A DNA stretch of 64,000 bases from Thermoproteota archaeon (GCA_027491915.1 JAOZGC010000001.1:131839-195838); one strand, 5' to 3'; counted from the stretch's first letter, positions 1-10,199 are shown. Notes: a model not told the origin generated them from the letters alone. Numbers and translations: made by a program.

Positions 1-924
1 GTGATAGCCGGGCTCGAGAGGCAGGACGAGGGCAGGGTTTACTTCGACGGGAGGGACGTTTCCGATCTCCCTCCCCACGAGAGGAGGGTGGCCATGGTGT
101 TCCAGAACTACGCCCTCTGGCCCCACATGACCGTGTTCGACAACGTGGCCTACGGGCTGAAGTTGAAGGGGCTCCCCAAGGAGGAGATAGCGGAGAAGGT
201 CAGGTGGGCCCTGAGGCTCGTCAGGCTGGAGGGCATGGAGGACCGGACCCCCTTCCAGCTGAGCGGGGGCCAGCAGCAGAGGGTGGCCCTGGCCCGGGCC
301 CTCGCCGTCGAGCCTGAGGCGCTGCTGCTGGACGAGCCGCTGAGCAACCTGGACGCCAAGCTCAGATTGGAGATGAGGGGAGAGCTCAGGAAGCTCCAGA
401 GGGAACTTGGCGTGACTGCGGTCTACGTCACCCACGATCAGGAGGAGGCGATGAGTCTCGCCGACAGGATAGCGGTCATGAACAGGGGGAGGATACTCCA
501 GGTGGGGACGCCGGCCGAGATATACGAGAGGCCCGCCAACTACTTCGTCGCCGACTTCATAGGGCAGAGCACCTTCATACCGGGGACCGTGAGGTCCGCC
601 TCCGGCGAGGTGTACGAGGTGGAGACCAACTTGGGGGTAATGAGGGCCGTCCCCAGCACCCCCGGGTCGGACTTCCACCCCGGCGAGGAGGTCATCTTGG
701 CCGTCCGACCGGAGAACCTGCGCCTCGGGTGCGGCCGGGGATCCAACGAGGTGGAGGTCAAGGTGGTGCACGTGGCCTACCTGGGGAAGCACCTCCGCCT
801 CCTCGGAGAGGCTGACGGCATAAGGGTCGTGGCCGAGCTGGACAAGGACTCCGAGGTGGGCTCCGGAGAGACCGTCCGGCTGTGCGCCGATCCCGAGGAC
901 GTCCTCATCATAAGGAGGTCCTAG
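1..924 (+). CDS. ABC transporter ATP-binding subunit (PotA/MalK/FbpC family), 5'-truncated by window edge
   Basis: VFQNYALWPHMTV Q-loop region, LSGGQQQR signature, LLLDEP Walker B, YVTHDQEEA switch, C-terminal TOBE-like region; Walker A lies outside the window. Confidence 0.95.
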   Translation: MIAGLERQDEGRVYFDGRDVSDLPPHERRVAMVFQNYALWPHMTVFDNVAYGLKLKGLPKEEIAEKVRWALRLVRLEGMEDRTPFQLSGGQQQRVALARALAVEPEALLLDEPLSNLDAKLRLEMRGELRKLQRELGVTAVYVTHDQEEAMSLADRIAVMNRGRILQVGTPAEIYERPANYFVADFIGQSTFIPGTVRSASGEVYEVETNLGVMRAVPSTPGSDFHPGEEVILAVRPENLRLGCGRGSNEVEVKVVHVAYLGKHLRLLGEADGIRVVAELDKDSEVGSGETVRLCADPEDVLIIRRS

Positions 925-990
925 GCCGGGCCAGCCGGATCGGCGGCCGGAGGGGCTCCCCTTTTATCTCCCCCGGGAGGCTCCCCCCAC

Positions 991-2862
991 GTGGAGCTCT
1001 TCCCCTACGAGCCTCGCCCCGGCCAGGAGGAGCTGATCGCGCTCGTCAGGAGGGCGGCGGAGAGGGGGGAGAGGCTGTGCGTCCACGCCCCGACCGGCTT
1101 CGGGAAGACCCCCGCCGTGCTGGCCGGCCTCCTCCAGGCGGCCAGGACCAGGGGGCTGAGGATCCTGTGGGCCGTCAGGACGGGCAACGAGACGGACAGG
1201 CCGATAGAAGAGCTGAAGGAGCTGGCCAGATCCAGGGGAATCGCCGTCCCCGCCCTCTCCATCAGGGGGAAGAGGGACATGTGCCTCCTCGGGAGGAGGC
1301 TGGGCGTGTCGGATTACGCCGGGGTCAGCGCCCTCTGCAGGCTCAGGAGGAGGGACTGCCCTTACTTCTCCAGGCTGACCGAGGTGATCCCCTCCCTCGA
1401 CGGGCCAAAGACCTTCTCCGAGGTGCTTACCGAGGCCAAGTCCATGGGGGTCTGCCCGTACTTCTACCAGCTGCGCCTGCTGGAGGACGCGACGCTGGTG
1501 AGCCTCAGCTACAACTACGTCCTCGGCCCAACCGGCCGGGTCCTCAGGAGGGCCTTCAGATTCAGCAAGTCCATCCTGGTGGTAGACGAGGCCCACAACA
1601 TACCCGACGCGGCCTGCAGCCTGAACTCGGACTCCATCACCCTAAACACGGTTGACAGGGCAATCTCCGAGATAATCAAGTACTTCCCCGAGGAGACCGA
1701 CCTGGTCCAGAAGGTGAGGGCCCTCAGGGCGGCCATGGAGGCGGTCTCCGGGCCGGTGACCGAGGACTCCACCTTCTCGCCGACGGACCTGCTGGTGGAG
1801 TCGGGCGTTGGCGACGAGGATCTGGAGAGGATGGCCTCCCTGGGGGAGGCGGTGTACAGGGCCCGGATAGAGGAGGGGAAGGTGCCCAGGTCCTACCTCC
1901 ACAGGCTGGCCGAGTTCCTCTCCCTGGCCTCGGCGTCCGTGGGGGAGGAGGGGGTGGCCTTCCTGGTGACCAGGGAGTCCCGTGGGGTCAGATTCGAGGT
2001 CTGGGACATGAGGGCCCCCGAGATACTCGGGGAGGTCTGGCCCTCCTTCAGGGCGGTCGTGCTCATGTCCGGCACCCTGGCCCCGGTGGAGACGTTCGCC
2101 GAGGTGGCCGGCCTGGAGGGATGCTCCTCCAAGGTGTTCCCGTCCATGGCGGACCCCTCGAAGGTGGTCTCCCTGATAACCGCCGGGCTGACCACCAGGG
2201 GGGAGAAGATGTCAGAGGAGATGGTCGACGGCTATGTGGAGACGATCGGAGATTTCATATCGGCGGTTCCGGCCAACGTGGCCGTTTTCTCGGCGAGCTA
2301 CAGGATACAGGGAGAGATACTCCCCGGGCTGGCGGAGGCCGCGGCCGAGACCGGCAGGAGGCTCCTGGTTGAGAGCGAGGGGATGACGGGTGACGAGGCC
2401 GCCAGGGTCCTCGCCGAGCTGAAGTCGGCAGCCAGGTCGGGGCATCACGCCGTCCTGGTCGCCCCGATGGGTGGGAGATTCGCCGAAGGAGCGGATCTGC
2501 CCGGGGAAGAGCTCGCCGCGGTCTTCCTGGTTGGGATACCCTTCGACAGGCCCAACACGAGGACCAGGCTGAAGATCTCCTACTACTCCAGGCTCTTCCC
2601 CGGGAGGGGGAGGTTCATAGCCTACGTCGTGCCGGCCCTGAGGAGGGCGTCTCAGGCCCTGGGTAGGGTGATACGCTCCAGGTCTGAGGGGGGAGCCTTC
2701 GTTCTCGGGGACGAGAGGTACTCCTTCCGGAGGTACTTCGAGCTCCTCCCGGACTACGTCAGGACTACGGCCCGCGTCGTCAGGCCCTACGAGGTCGGGG
2801 ACGAGGTCAGGTCCTGGTCCGAGGGGGCCCTCAAACGCCGTGGCGGTCCAGCAACTCCCTGA
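991..2862 (+). CDS. xpd: XPD/Rad3/DinG family Fe-S DNA helicase
   Basis: APTGFGKT Walker A, four Cys of the Fe-S domain (MCL, LCR, DCPY, VCPYF), VDEAHN, MSGTL, QALGRVIR; TATA-like CTTTTAT at about 961-967. Confidence 0.93.
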   Translation: MELFPYEPRPGQEELIALVRRAAERGERLCVHAPTGFGKTPAVLAGLLQAARTRGLRILWAVRTGNETDRPIEELKELARSRGIAVPALSIRGKRDMCLLGRRLGVSDYAGVSALCRLRRRDCPYFSRLTEVIPSLDGPKTFSEVLTEAKSMGVCPYFYQLRLLEDATLVSLSYNYVLGPTGRVLRRAFRFSKSILVVDEAHNIPDAACSLNSDSITLNTVDRAISEIIKYFPEETDLVQKVRALRAAMEAVSGPVTEDSTFSPTDLLVESGVGDEDLERMASLGEAVYRARIEEGKVPRSYLHRLAEFLSLASASVGEEGVAFLVTRESRGVRFEVWDMRAPEILGEVWPSFRAVVLMSGTLAPVETFAEVAGLEGCSSKVFPSMADPSKVVSLITAGLTTRGEKMSEEMVDGYVETIGDFISAVPANVAVFSASYRIQGEILPGLAEAAAETGRRLLVESEGMTGDEAARVLAELKSAARSGHHAVLVAPMGGRFAEGADLPGEELAAVFLVGIPFDRPNTRTRLKISYYSRLFPGRGRFIAYVVPALRRASQALGRVIRSRSEGGAFVLGDERYSFRRYFELLPDYVRTTARVVRPYEVGDEVRSWSEGALKRRGGPATP

Positions 2863-3721
2863 TGAAGGGCGGCAGGTTCGACAGGCCGACGTGAACCTCG
2901 GGGGTGTAGAACCTCGTCCTGCCCTCGAGCCCCCTCTCCTCGTACCTCCGCCTCAGCTCGGCCGGGGGTACTTCGAGATCCGCGTCCCTCGATCCCAGGA
3001 CGAAGGCCCACATCCCGCTCTGGTATGAGGGGACGAAACCGAGGATGACCTTGACCCTCCCGAGAACCCTCTTCACGGTGGCGCAAAGCGAGCCCGTCAC
3101 GTCTGGGTACAGGAAGGGGGTCTCACCCTGGGCCTCCACGATCCCCCCCTCCAGGAGCACCCTCGCGACCCCCGAGTAGAACCGATCGGAGAACAGCGGG
3201 GAGGCCTCGCCTATGGGGTCTGTGCTGTCCACCACGACGACGTCGAACCTCTCTCCCGTCTCCTCGACGTACCTCACACCGTCCCCTATCACCAGCTCGT
3301 GCCTGGGGTCTGAGTACCCGGAGGATAGCCCCGGGAGGAATCTCCTGGCGGCCTCCACAACGGCGGCGTCCAGCTCCACCTGAACCACCCTCTCGACCGT
3401 CGGGTGCTTCAAGACCTCCCTCACGGCCCCGCCGTCCCCTCCCCCCACGACTAGCACCCTCCTGGGGTCCGGGTGGGTCAGCATGGCCGGGTGGACGAGC
3501 ATCTCGTGGTAGAGGAACTCGTCCCTCTCCGTGAGCTGGATCCTGCTGTCGAGGGCGAGCACCCTACCCATCTCGTAGCTGTCGAAGACGTCTATCCTCT
3601 GGTGGTCGCTGATCTCGGATAGGAGGAACCTGCGCACCCTGAGGCTGATCCTGAGATCCTCCGTCTGCATCTCAGAGTACCAGCACTCCGGTTTCCCCCC
3701 TCTGATCTCCGGTATCGTCAG
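2831..3721 (-). CDS. speE: Polyamine aminopropyltransferase (spermidine synthase family)
   Basis: YHEMLVHP, VVGGGDGG, VELD, VVDSTDP motifs; frame stays open upstream of ATG 3670 through the family WYSE motif to CTG at 3721, so the start is uncertain. Confidence 0.93.
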   Translation of the reverse strand: MTIPEIRGGKPECWYSEMQTEDLRISLRVRRFLLSEISDHQRIDVFDSYEMGRVLALDSRIQLTERDEFLYHEMLVHPAMLTHPDPRRVLVVGGGDGGAVREVLKHPTVERVVQVELDAAVVEAARRFLPGLSSGYSDPRHELVIGDGVRYVEETGERFDVVVVDSTDPIGEASPLFSDRFYSGVARVLLEGGIVEAQGETPFLYPDVTGSLCATVKRVLGRVKVILGFVPSYQSGMWAFVLGSRDADLEVPPAELRRRYEERGLEGRTRFYTPEVHVGLSNLPPFIRELLDRHGV

Positions 3722-3815
3722 CTCTCACACCCCTGCCGCCCGATTAACCTGACCTGCCTTATAACCCATCCACGACGATCTGATCCTACTAACGGAGGGC
3801 CGGCCGGCTGGCGGA

Positions 3816-5183
3816 CTATTCCCTCCTGGGGTGGATGGCCTCCTTGGGAGCCCTCTCAAAGGGCTCGAGGTAGGGCCTGAGCGCCTTGGGTATCACCACC
3901 GTCCCGTCCGGCTCCTGATAGTTCTCGACTATGGCGGTCAGGGCCCTGGTGGTGGCTATGGCGGTGCTGTTCAGCGTGTGAACGTAGCCCCTGGTCCCGT
4001 CCCCCCTGATGAACCTTATGCCCAGCCTGTGGGACTGCCAGTCGGTGCAGTTGCTGCAGCTCACCATCTCCCTGTACCGGCCCTGGGCCGGCATCCACGC
4101 CTCCAGGTCGTACTTCCTAGCCGCCGGCGCGCCCAGGTCGTGGGCGCATATGTCCACCACCCTGTAGGGTATGCCGAGCTCCCTCCACAGCATCTCGGCG
4201 TTGGATATGAGCCTCTCGTGCCACTCCCAGCTCTCCTCCGGCATGGAGAACACGACCTGCTCAACCTTGTGGAACTGGTGGACGCGAAACACGCCCTTCA
4301 CGTCCCTGCTGTGCCCGGCCCCCGCCTCCTTCCTGAAGCACGGGCTAATCCCCAGGTAGGTCCTCGGGAGCTGAGCCGGCTGCAGCTCCTCCCCGTAGTG
4401 GAGGGCCACCAGGGGGTGCTCGGACGTGGCTATGAGGAACAGGTCCTCCCCCTCTATCTTGTATATCGCGTCCTCGAAGTCCTCCAGGGCTACTACTCCT
4501 CTGTAGGCGTTTCCCCCGAGCAAGTAGGGCGGCTGGACCAGGGTGAAGCCTGCCGCCGTCAGCCTGTCCACGGCGAACGCGACGAGGGCCATGTCTAGCC
4601 AGACCAGGTCGTCGAACAGATAGAAGAACCTGGATCCGGACACCCGGGCGGCCCTGAGGGTGTCCGACATCCTCAGCACCTTCTCCATCTCGTCGGCGTG
4701 ACCGGAGGGCCTCCAGTCCAAGATCTCGTGATCAACCCGGAATCCCCACCGCTCCGTCTCCCCCCGGAACGTCTCCAGGTGACCCTCCCAGACACGGGGC
4801 CTCCCCCAGAACCTGATCGGGATGGAGTCCTCGCCCTCGGGGCAGTCGGGAACCTCCGGGTGGAGGAGGTTGGGCATGGCCCGCAGGACCTCCTCCCTGG
4901 CCTCCCCCACCTCCCTGAACCTGGCCTCCACCTCCTCCAGGCGGGCCGCCAGTTCCCTGGCCTCAGCTATGAGTTTCCGCCTCTCCTCATCCCCCGCCCC
5001 GCGTATGAGGGCGCTGATCCTGTTCCTCCGGGACCTCAGGGAGTCTACCTCCACCTTGAGCTTCCTCCACTCGTCGTCCAGCTCCCTGGCGCGCCGGGCC
5101 AGGGAGGGATCCATCCCCCTCCTGCGCAGGATCTCCCCGACCTCTTCCGGCCTCTCCCTGAGGGCCGCCAGGACGCTCCACAA
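3816..5183 (-). CDS. serS: Serine--tRNA ligase (standard type)
   Basis: N-terminal coiled coil, LIATSEHP, CFRKEAG motif 2, FRVHQFHKVEQ, EMVSCSNCTDWQ, HTLNST. Confidence 0.97.
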   Translation of the reverse strand: MWSVLAALRERPEEVGEILRRRGMDPSLARRARELDDEWRKLKVEVDSLRSRRNRISALIRGAGDEERRKLIAEARELAARLEEVEARFREVGEAREEVLRAMPNLLHPEVPDCPEGEDSIPIRFWGRPRVWEGHLETFRGETERWGFRVDHEILDWRPSGHADEMEKVLRMSDTLRAARVSGSRFFYLFDDLVWLDMALVAFAVDRLTAAGFTLVQPPYLLGGNAYRGVVALEDFEDAIYKIEGEDLFLIATSEHPLVALHYGEELQPAQLPRTYLGISPCFRKEAGAGHSRDVKGVFRVHQFHKVEQVVFSMPEESWEWHERLISNAEMLWRELGIPYRVVDICAHDLGAPAARKYDLEAWMPAQGRYREMVSCSNCTDWQSHRLGIRFIRGDGTRGYVHTLNSTAIATTRALTAIVENYQEPDGTVVIPKALRPYLEPFERAPKEAIHPRRE

Positions 5184-5225
5184 CTTCCCTCTCCTGGCGG
5201 GGGCCGGCCGCCCTTTTAAAATCGC

Positions 5226-6449
5226 TCAGTCCACCCTGGCCCACCTTCCGAACAGGGCCGCGGCCGCCGCCATGGAGACGGCGGCCGTGACGGCCAGCAA
5301 GGCGGCGCCGGGGGCGACTTCCGCCAGGGTTGCCCCTCCCAGCAGGATGGCATCCATTATCTCGACCGACTTGGCGAACGGGAGCAGCTCCGCCGCCGTC
5401 CTGAGGGGCTCCGGCAGGAACTGGATCGGGAAGTAGAGGCCGGACACGAACTGGAGCATTATGGCCACCACCACGACCGCCTCGCTCGCCGCCCTCTGGT
5501 TCGACGACGCCTCCGCCACCGCCATGCCGATTCCTATGGAGGCCGCGTCCCCCGCCAGCACCATGGGGATCATGAGCGGGTCCCAGTTTACGTCCGCCCC
5601 GGAGAAGGCCGCCGCGGCGGCCACCAGCACGACCTGGGACAGCGTGAGTATGGCCAGGGCGGAGAGCAGCTTGCCCGCGAGCACGCTCCAGACGCTGGCG
5701 GTCGATAGCCTGATCCTCTTGAGGGTCCCGCCCTCCTTCTCCCCCGCGAGCAGGGCGGTGGAGGTGACCATGCCGGAGAACAGGTAAGAGTAGGAGATCA
5801 TGGCGGATATCCAGTGACCCGGATTCTCCCAGTAAGACTCCGCCTCTGCCGTGACCTCGGGCTTGGAGAGGAGGGCCACCTTGGCCTCCACGGGCCGCAT
5901 CATGAACTCCAGCCACCTGGCGGCCTCCTCCCTGCTCATCGTCCACCCGCCGGAGCTCAGGTTCTCGGGCATGTGGGAGACCGCGATCTCCACGGCCCTC
6001 CTGCTGAACTCCTCTCCGAACCTGAGGGTGAACTCCGCCGCGAAGCTCGTGAGCATCTGCTTTATGGTGGCATCCCCCTCCCTCACGTAGAAGCCGACGG
6101 CGGCCCTGCGTCCCGAGGTCAGGTTGGCCTGGAATCCCGCCGGGATTATCAGCAGGCCCGATATCCCATCTCTCCCCTCCCTGGCCGCGGCCCTGGCCTC
6201 CTCCTGATCTGAGAAGGGGATCAACCTGACCACCCCGGTGGAGTTCATGGCCGAGGCGTAGGACCTGGACAGGTTCGTCCCGTCCAGGTCCACGACCGCC
6301 ACCGGGATGGCCTTCTCCCCACCGCCGCCGAAGATCGATCCGAAGAACAGCATCATCATTATCGGGAAGGCCAGGGTCCAGAACACGGTTGACTTGGACC
6401 TGAGGAACTCCTTGACATCCTTCTTCAGGATCCCCGTCTCCGGCCTCAT
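5226..6449 (-). CDS. ABC-2 type exporter permease
   Basis: N-terminal TM, large extracellular loop (PVAVVDLD), EKEGGTLKRI motif, five C-terminal TMs; overlaps the upstream ATPase gene by 4 nt. Confidence 0.9.
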   Translation of the reverse strand: MRPETGILKKDVKEFLRSKSTVFWTLAFPIMMMLFFGSIFGGGGEKAIPVAVVDLDGTNLSRSYASAMNSTGVVRLIPFSDQEEARAAAREGRDGISGLLIIPAGFQANLTSGRRAAVGFYVREGDATIKQMLTSFAAEFTLRFGEEFSRRAVEIAVSHMPENLSSGGWTMSREEAARWLEFMMRPVEAKVALLSKPEVTAEAESYWENPGHWISAMISYSYLFSGMVTSTALLAGEKEGGTLKRIRLSTASVWSVLAGKLLSALAILTLSQVVLVAAAAAFSGADVNWDPLMIPMVLAGDAASIGIGMAVAEASSNQRAASEAVVVVAIMLQFVSGLYFPIQFLPEPLRTAAELLPFAKSVEIMDAILLGGATLAEVAPGAALLAVTAAVSMAAAAALFGRWARVD

Positions 6450-7381
6450 GCGACCGCCTCCCTGAGACTCTTCCCGGTTAGGTTCATGAACACGTCCTCC
6501 AGCGTCGGCGACCTGATCTGAACCGCCTCGGATCCTATCCCGGCCGAGTTAAGCGTGGAGATGACCTCGGGCACCATCCTCTCCGGGTCCTCCGCCTCCA
6601 TCACTATGCCGTCCGGCGTGAGCCTCCCCCCCCATCCGGACAGGACCTCCAGGGCCCGGGCCTCATCCCTCATCCTCACCCTGACCACCACCTTAGATCT
6701 CCCGCCGAACCTCCTCTTCAGGTCGTCGGGATCTCCCACCTCCACCACCCTGCCGGCGTCCATGACCGCCACCCTGTCGCACAGCTCGTCGGCCTCCTCC
6801 ATGTAGTGGGTCGAGAGGATGACTGTCCTCCCCCGGCCCTTCATGTCCAGTATCACCTCCCAGAAGTCCCTCCTGGCGTCCGGATCGAGTCCCACGGTCG
6901 GCTCGTCCATTATGACCACGATTGGGTCGGTCAGCAGGGACGCCGCCAGGCTGACCCTCCTCTTCAGACCCCCGCTCAGCTTCCCGAACCTCCTCCCCAT
7001 GATGTCCGATATGGAGAGGGCCTCGGCGATCTCCCGCACCGCCACCTCGAACCTCTCCTCATCCATTGAGTAGAGAGAGGCTATGAACTCCAGGTTCTCC
7101 TCGACCGTCAGGTCCCCATACAGCATGGTCTCCTGGGGAACGAAGGCGACGACGTCTCCCACGGGCTCCCTGGTGGGATCCCTGCCGGCCACCCGGACCT
7201 TCCCCGAATCCGGCCTCCTCAGGCCGACCAGGATCTCCATGAGCGTGGTCTTCCCCGCGCCGTTCGGCCCAAGCAGCCCGAAGACCTCCCCCTCCATGAC
7301 CTCCAGGCTGACCCCATCGAGGGCGATCACCTCGCCGTATCTCTTGCTCACCCCGACGGCCTCCACGACCGGGCTCCCCAA
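6446..7381 (-). CDS. ABC-2 type exporter ATP-binding subunit
   Basis: GPNGAGKTT, LSGG, IMDEPT, STHYMEEA, C-terminal PTLEDVF. Confidence 0.95.
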   Translation of the reverse strand: MGSPVVEAVGVSKRYGEVIALDGVSLEVMEGEVFGLLGPNGAGKTTLMEILVGLRRPDSGKVRVAGRDPTREPVGDVVAFVPQETMLYGDLTVEENLEFIASLYSMDEERFEVAVREIAEALSISDIMGRRFGKLSGGLKRRVSLAASLLTDPIVVIMDEPTVGLDPDARRDFWEVILDMKGRGRTVILSTHYMEEADELCDRVAVMDAGRVVEVGDPDDLKRRFGGRSKVVVRVRMRDEARALEVLSGWGGRLTPDGIVMEAEDPERMVPEVISTLNSAGIGSEAVQIRSPTLEDVFMNLTGKSLREAVA

Positions 7382-7413
7382 GACCGACGCACCGACAATA
7401 AGTTAGAATTTCT

Positions 7414-7439
7414 GATAATTTAAATTTAACTAAATTATC
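7414..7439. promoter_or_regulatory. Perfect inverted repeat GATAATTTA-N8-TAAATTATC overlapping the ABC exporter promoter
   Basis: 9-bp arms at 7414-7422 and 7431-7439 in an AT-rich island just upstream of the minus-strand ABC operon. Confidence 0.65.
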
Positions 7440-8260
7440 GGCAGGTAGAAGGAGAAGGAGATCGGGGCCGCCCCCTCCCCGGGGCACTCCTCCTCCACCT
7501 CGAGGACGACGCCGCCCCTCCTCCCCCTCTTGGTCCTCAGGATGACCTCCGGCCTCCCCCCTCCGCCGCAGTCGGACCTCGCCACCACGAGGACCGGGAT
7601 CCCCTCGACCTCCGCCTCCTCGACCTCGAATCTCTCGGAGAAGAGCTCCCCAACCTCCTCCAACAGCCTGACGATCGCCTCCTCCCCGTTCCCGACGATC
7701 CTCCCCGCCACCTTCCTACCCTCATCGGTCAGGAGAATCCTCTCGGCGTTCCTGGAGTAGGTCAGGAACTGGCTGGCCCTCAGCTCCACGAACCTCAGCG
7801 GGTCGTCACCCCTGAGGGCCCACTTCATCGCCCCCACCAGCAGCCCGTGAACGCCCACCTTGTCGAGCACGTCGGCGTCGTGCAGGGCCGCCTGCTCAGG
7901 CGAGACGTACCTCCCGGAGTACATCCACCTTATGGCCTCGGCCACCTTATCCGCCAGCTCCTCCCCTCCCCCGCAGCCGACCACGATCTCCCTGGCCGAC
8001 TCAGCGGACGCCAGCTCGTCCTCTCCCCTTCCTAGGACCCGTCCGCCGCTGAACTTCCCCACGTCGTGGAGCAGGCCGGCCAGGGCCGCCACCATGGGAT
8101 CCCCCCCCTCTGATAGGGCCAACCTCCTTGAGAGCCGGGAAACCCGGAGGGAGTGCGCCAGGAGGCTCCTGGGCTCCGGGGGGGACTCCCTGAGCAGCCT
8201 CTCCTCTGCGCCCGTCAGCCCGCGCTCGACGGCCGACCTGACCCTGAAGTATAGGTCCAT
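7430..8260 (-). CDS. HD-domain metal-dependent phosphohydrolase
   Basis: HSLRV...LLHDVGK...HDADVLD (H-HD-D pattern). Confidence 0.88.
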   Translation of the reverse strand: MDLYFRVRSAVERGLTGAEERLLRESPPEPRSLLAHSLRVSRLSRRLALSEGGDPMVAALAGLLHDVGKFSGGRVLGRGEDELASAESAREIVVGCGGGEELADKVAEAIRWMYSGRYVSPEQAALHDADVLDKVGVHGLLVGAMKWALRGDDPLRFVELRASQFLTYSRNAERILLTDEGRKVAGRIVGNGEEAIVRLLEEVGELFSERFEVEEAEVEGIPVLVVARSDCGGGGRPEVILRTKRGRRGGVVLEVEEECPGEGAAPISFSFYLPII

Positions 8261-8313
8261 CGGGGGCGCTTCGACCGTGGGAGATTATAACGTCGCGGAG
8301 ACCCGGCCCGTTT

Positions 8314-9312
8314 GTGATATCGGCCGTTGTGCTTGCCGGCGGCAGGGGCAGGAGGTTCCAGTCCGGCGGCGATTGGGTCGACAAGCTGGCGGCCGAGCTG
8401 GGTGGGAGACCGGTGATCTCCAGGGTCCTCTCGGCGGTCTCTGAGGTCGCCTCCGAGGTTGTCGTGGCCGTCGACTCCCCCGAGAGGGGCAGGAGGTACC
8501 TGGAATTCGTCCCGGCCGGGGTGGATTCGAGGCTGGCCCTGGATCCGCCGTCGCCCTACAGATCTCCGGCGCTGGGCGTCTTCTCGGGAGTCTCTTCAGC
8601 CCGGGGGGATGTAATCTTGGTCGTCCCTGGGGACGCGGCCTTCGTCAGGCCGGCCGCCCTCGAGGGTCTCGCGCGGGCGGTCTCCCCCGGCGGGTCAGAG
8701 GCGTCGGCGCCGATGTGGTCCGGCGGGATCGTGGAGACCCTGTTCATGGCCCTGGACGGGGATTGGGCCAGGGAGGCGGCAGCCCTCCTGGCGGATGGCG
8801 GCTGGCGGAGGCCCGACGGCCTCATCAGGGGCGCCCCCCGCGCCTCCCTGCTGCCGGCGGAGGACCTCTCCGGCGGGGACTGCCGCACCTTCATGACCGT
8901 GAACACCAGGGAGGACCTCGAATCTGGTCTCCTCAGGCCCGGACCGGGCGGAAGGGAGATCAGGCTGAGCGGCGGCGACGTCCGGCCGTCCGACGTCCCC
9001 TCCACCGGGTTGGCGGATCTCCTGAGGGCGGCCCCCTTCTGGGCCGGGGTCCTAGCCCTCGCCGGTCGCTCCCCGGACGCGGCGGTCGGGGTGGAGGCCT
9101 TTCGCCTCGAGGCGTCCAAACTCTCGGCGGTCGGGGTGGACTTCCTGGCCGCCCACGCGCTGAAAGACGCCGCCAGGGCCGCCCGGATGGCCGGCATGCC
9201 GGGTGCCGCCGAGGACCTCCGCTCTGAGGCTGAGGCCATCCTCAATTCTCTCGACAGAGGGTCGTGCGAGGTAGGCCTCAGGAGATTCTCCTCGGAGATG
9301 AGAATATCCTGA
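8314..9312 (+). CDS. mobA: Molybdenum cofactor guanylyltransferase-like NTP transferase with C-terminal extension
   Basis: VVLAGGRGRRF..DK, PGD, TVNTREDL motifs; convergent with fdhD. Confidence 0.8.
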   Translation: MISAVVLAGGRGRRFQSGGDWVDKLAAELGGRPVISRVLSAVSEVASEVVVAVDSPERGRRYLEFVPAGVDSRLALDPPSPYRSPALGVFSGVSSARGDVILVVPGDAAFVRPAALEGLARAVSPGGSEASAPMWSGGIVETLFMALDGDWAREAAALLADGGWRRPDGLIRGAPRASLLPAEDLSGGDCRTFMTVNTREDLESGLLRPGPGGREIRLSGGDVRPSDVPSTGLADLLRAAPFWAGVLALAGRSPDAAVGVEAFRLEASKLSAVGVDFLAAHALKDAARAARMAGMPGAAEDLRSEAEAILNSLDRGSCEVGLRRFSSEMRIS

Positions 9313-10108
9313 CCCCAGCCCCTAGTATCCAGACCAAGGTCAGGTCGGCCCTGACGGCGTAGTCCACGGCCAGGGAGGTGGGCGCCGAGAGGGAGGCCAC
9401 CACAGGGACGTTGGCCCTGGCGGCCTTCGACACTATGTCGGAGCTCGCCCGACCCGACACCCCGAGCAGCTTGTCCGACATGTCCACCCCGGCCAGGAGG
9501 CCCCACCCTATCAGCTTGTCCACGGCGTTGTGCCTGCCGACGTCCTCCGCGAACCCGACCATCTCGCCCCGTCCGTCGGCCAGAACGGCCGAGTGGGCCC
9601 CCCTGGTCCTGGCGTAGGCCCGGCTCGTGGCCAGCAGCCGCGGGATCGACAGCAGGACCTGGGGGTCGAACCTCGCCTCCGACCTGACCCTCGAGTCGGG
9701 GGGCGGCATGTAGACCGCGCACCCCGACTCCAGCACCGGGGCCTCCTCCCTCTCTGGGGACTCACCGAGGCCAGTTCTGAGTCTGACCCTGGCGCCCAGT
9801 GGGAACATCTCCACCTCGGCTACGTCGTCCGGTCCGGAGATCAACCCTGAGGAGAAGAGGTGCCCGAAGACGAACTCCCTCTCCATCCCGGGCGTCATGG
9901 CGAAGGTCCTGTACCTCCTGCCCTCGAGATATATCGTGAACTCCCTCTCCTCTATCAGGCTGAGCCGCACCTCCCTCGCGCCTGCGGCCGGGTCCCAGCT
10001 TATCGCCCTGAACTCCCTGAACTCCCCCGCCAAGGAGGCTCCCGACCGGGAGACCTCTGGGGTTGATAAAGGTTGAGAGCCCACGGGGGGCCTCAGGCCG
10101 CCCGTCAC
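9278..10108 (-). CDS. fdhD: Formate dehydrogenase accessory sulfurtransferase
   Basis: MTPG..EFVFGHLFSSG, TRGAHSA, EDVGRHNAVDKLIG, SGRAS, SAPTSLAV; start may be somewhat downstream. Confidence 0.95.
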   Translation of the reverse strand: MTGGLRPPVGSQPLSTPEVSRSGASLAGEFREFRAISWDPAAGAREVRLSLIEEREFTIYLEGRRYRTFAMTPGMEREFVFGHLFSSGLISGPDDVAEVEMFPLGARVRLRTGLGESPEREEAPVLESGCAVYMPPPDSRVRSEARFDPQVLLSIPRLLATSRAYARTRGAHSAVLADGRGEMVGFAEDVGRHNAVDKLIGWGLLAGVDMSDKLLGVSGRASSDIVSKAARANVPVVASLSAPTSLAVDYAVRADLTLVWILGAGVRIFSSPRRIS

Positions 10109-10199
10109 TCCTCACCTCGGGTCGAGCCTCGGCGCGACATCCCTTCACCTCTTCACCGGCCCCCGGTGGACGGGGGATTGGCGGATAAAAATTCGAACC

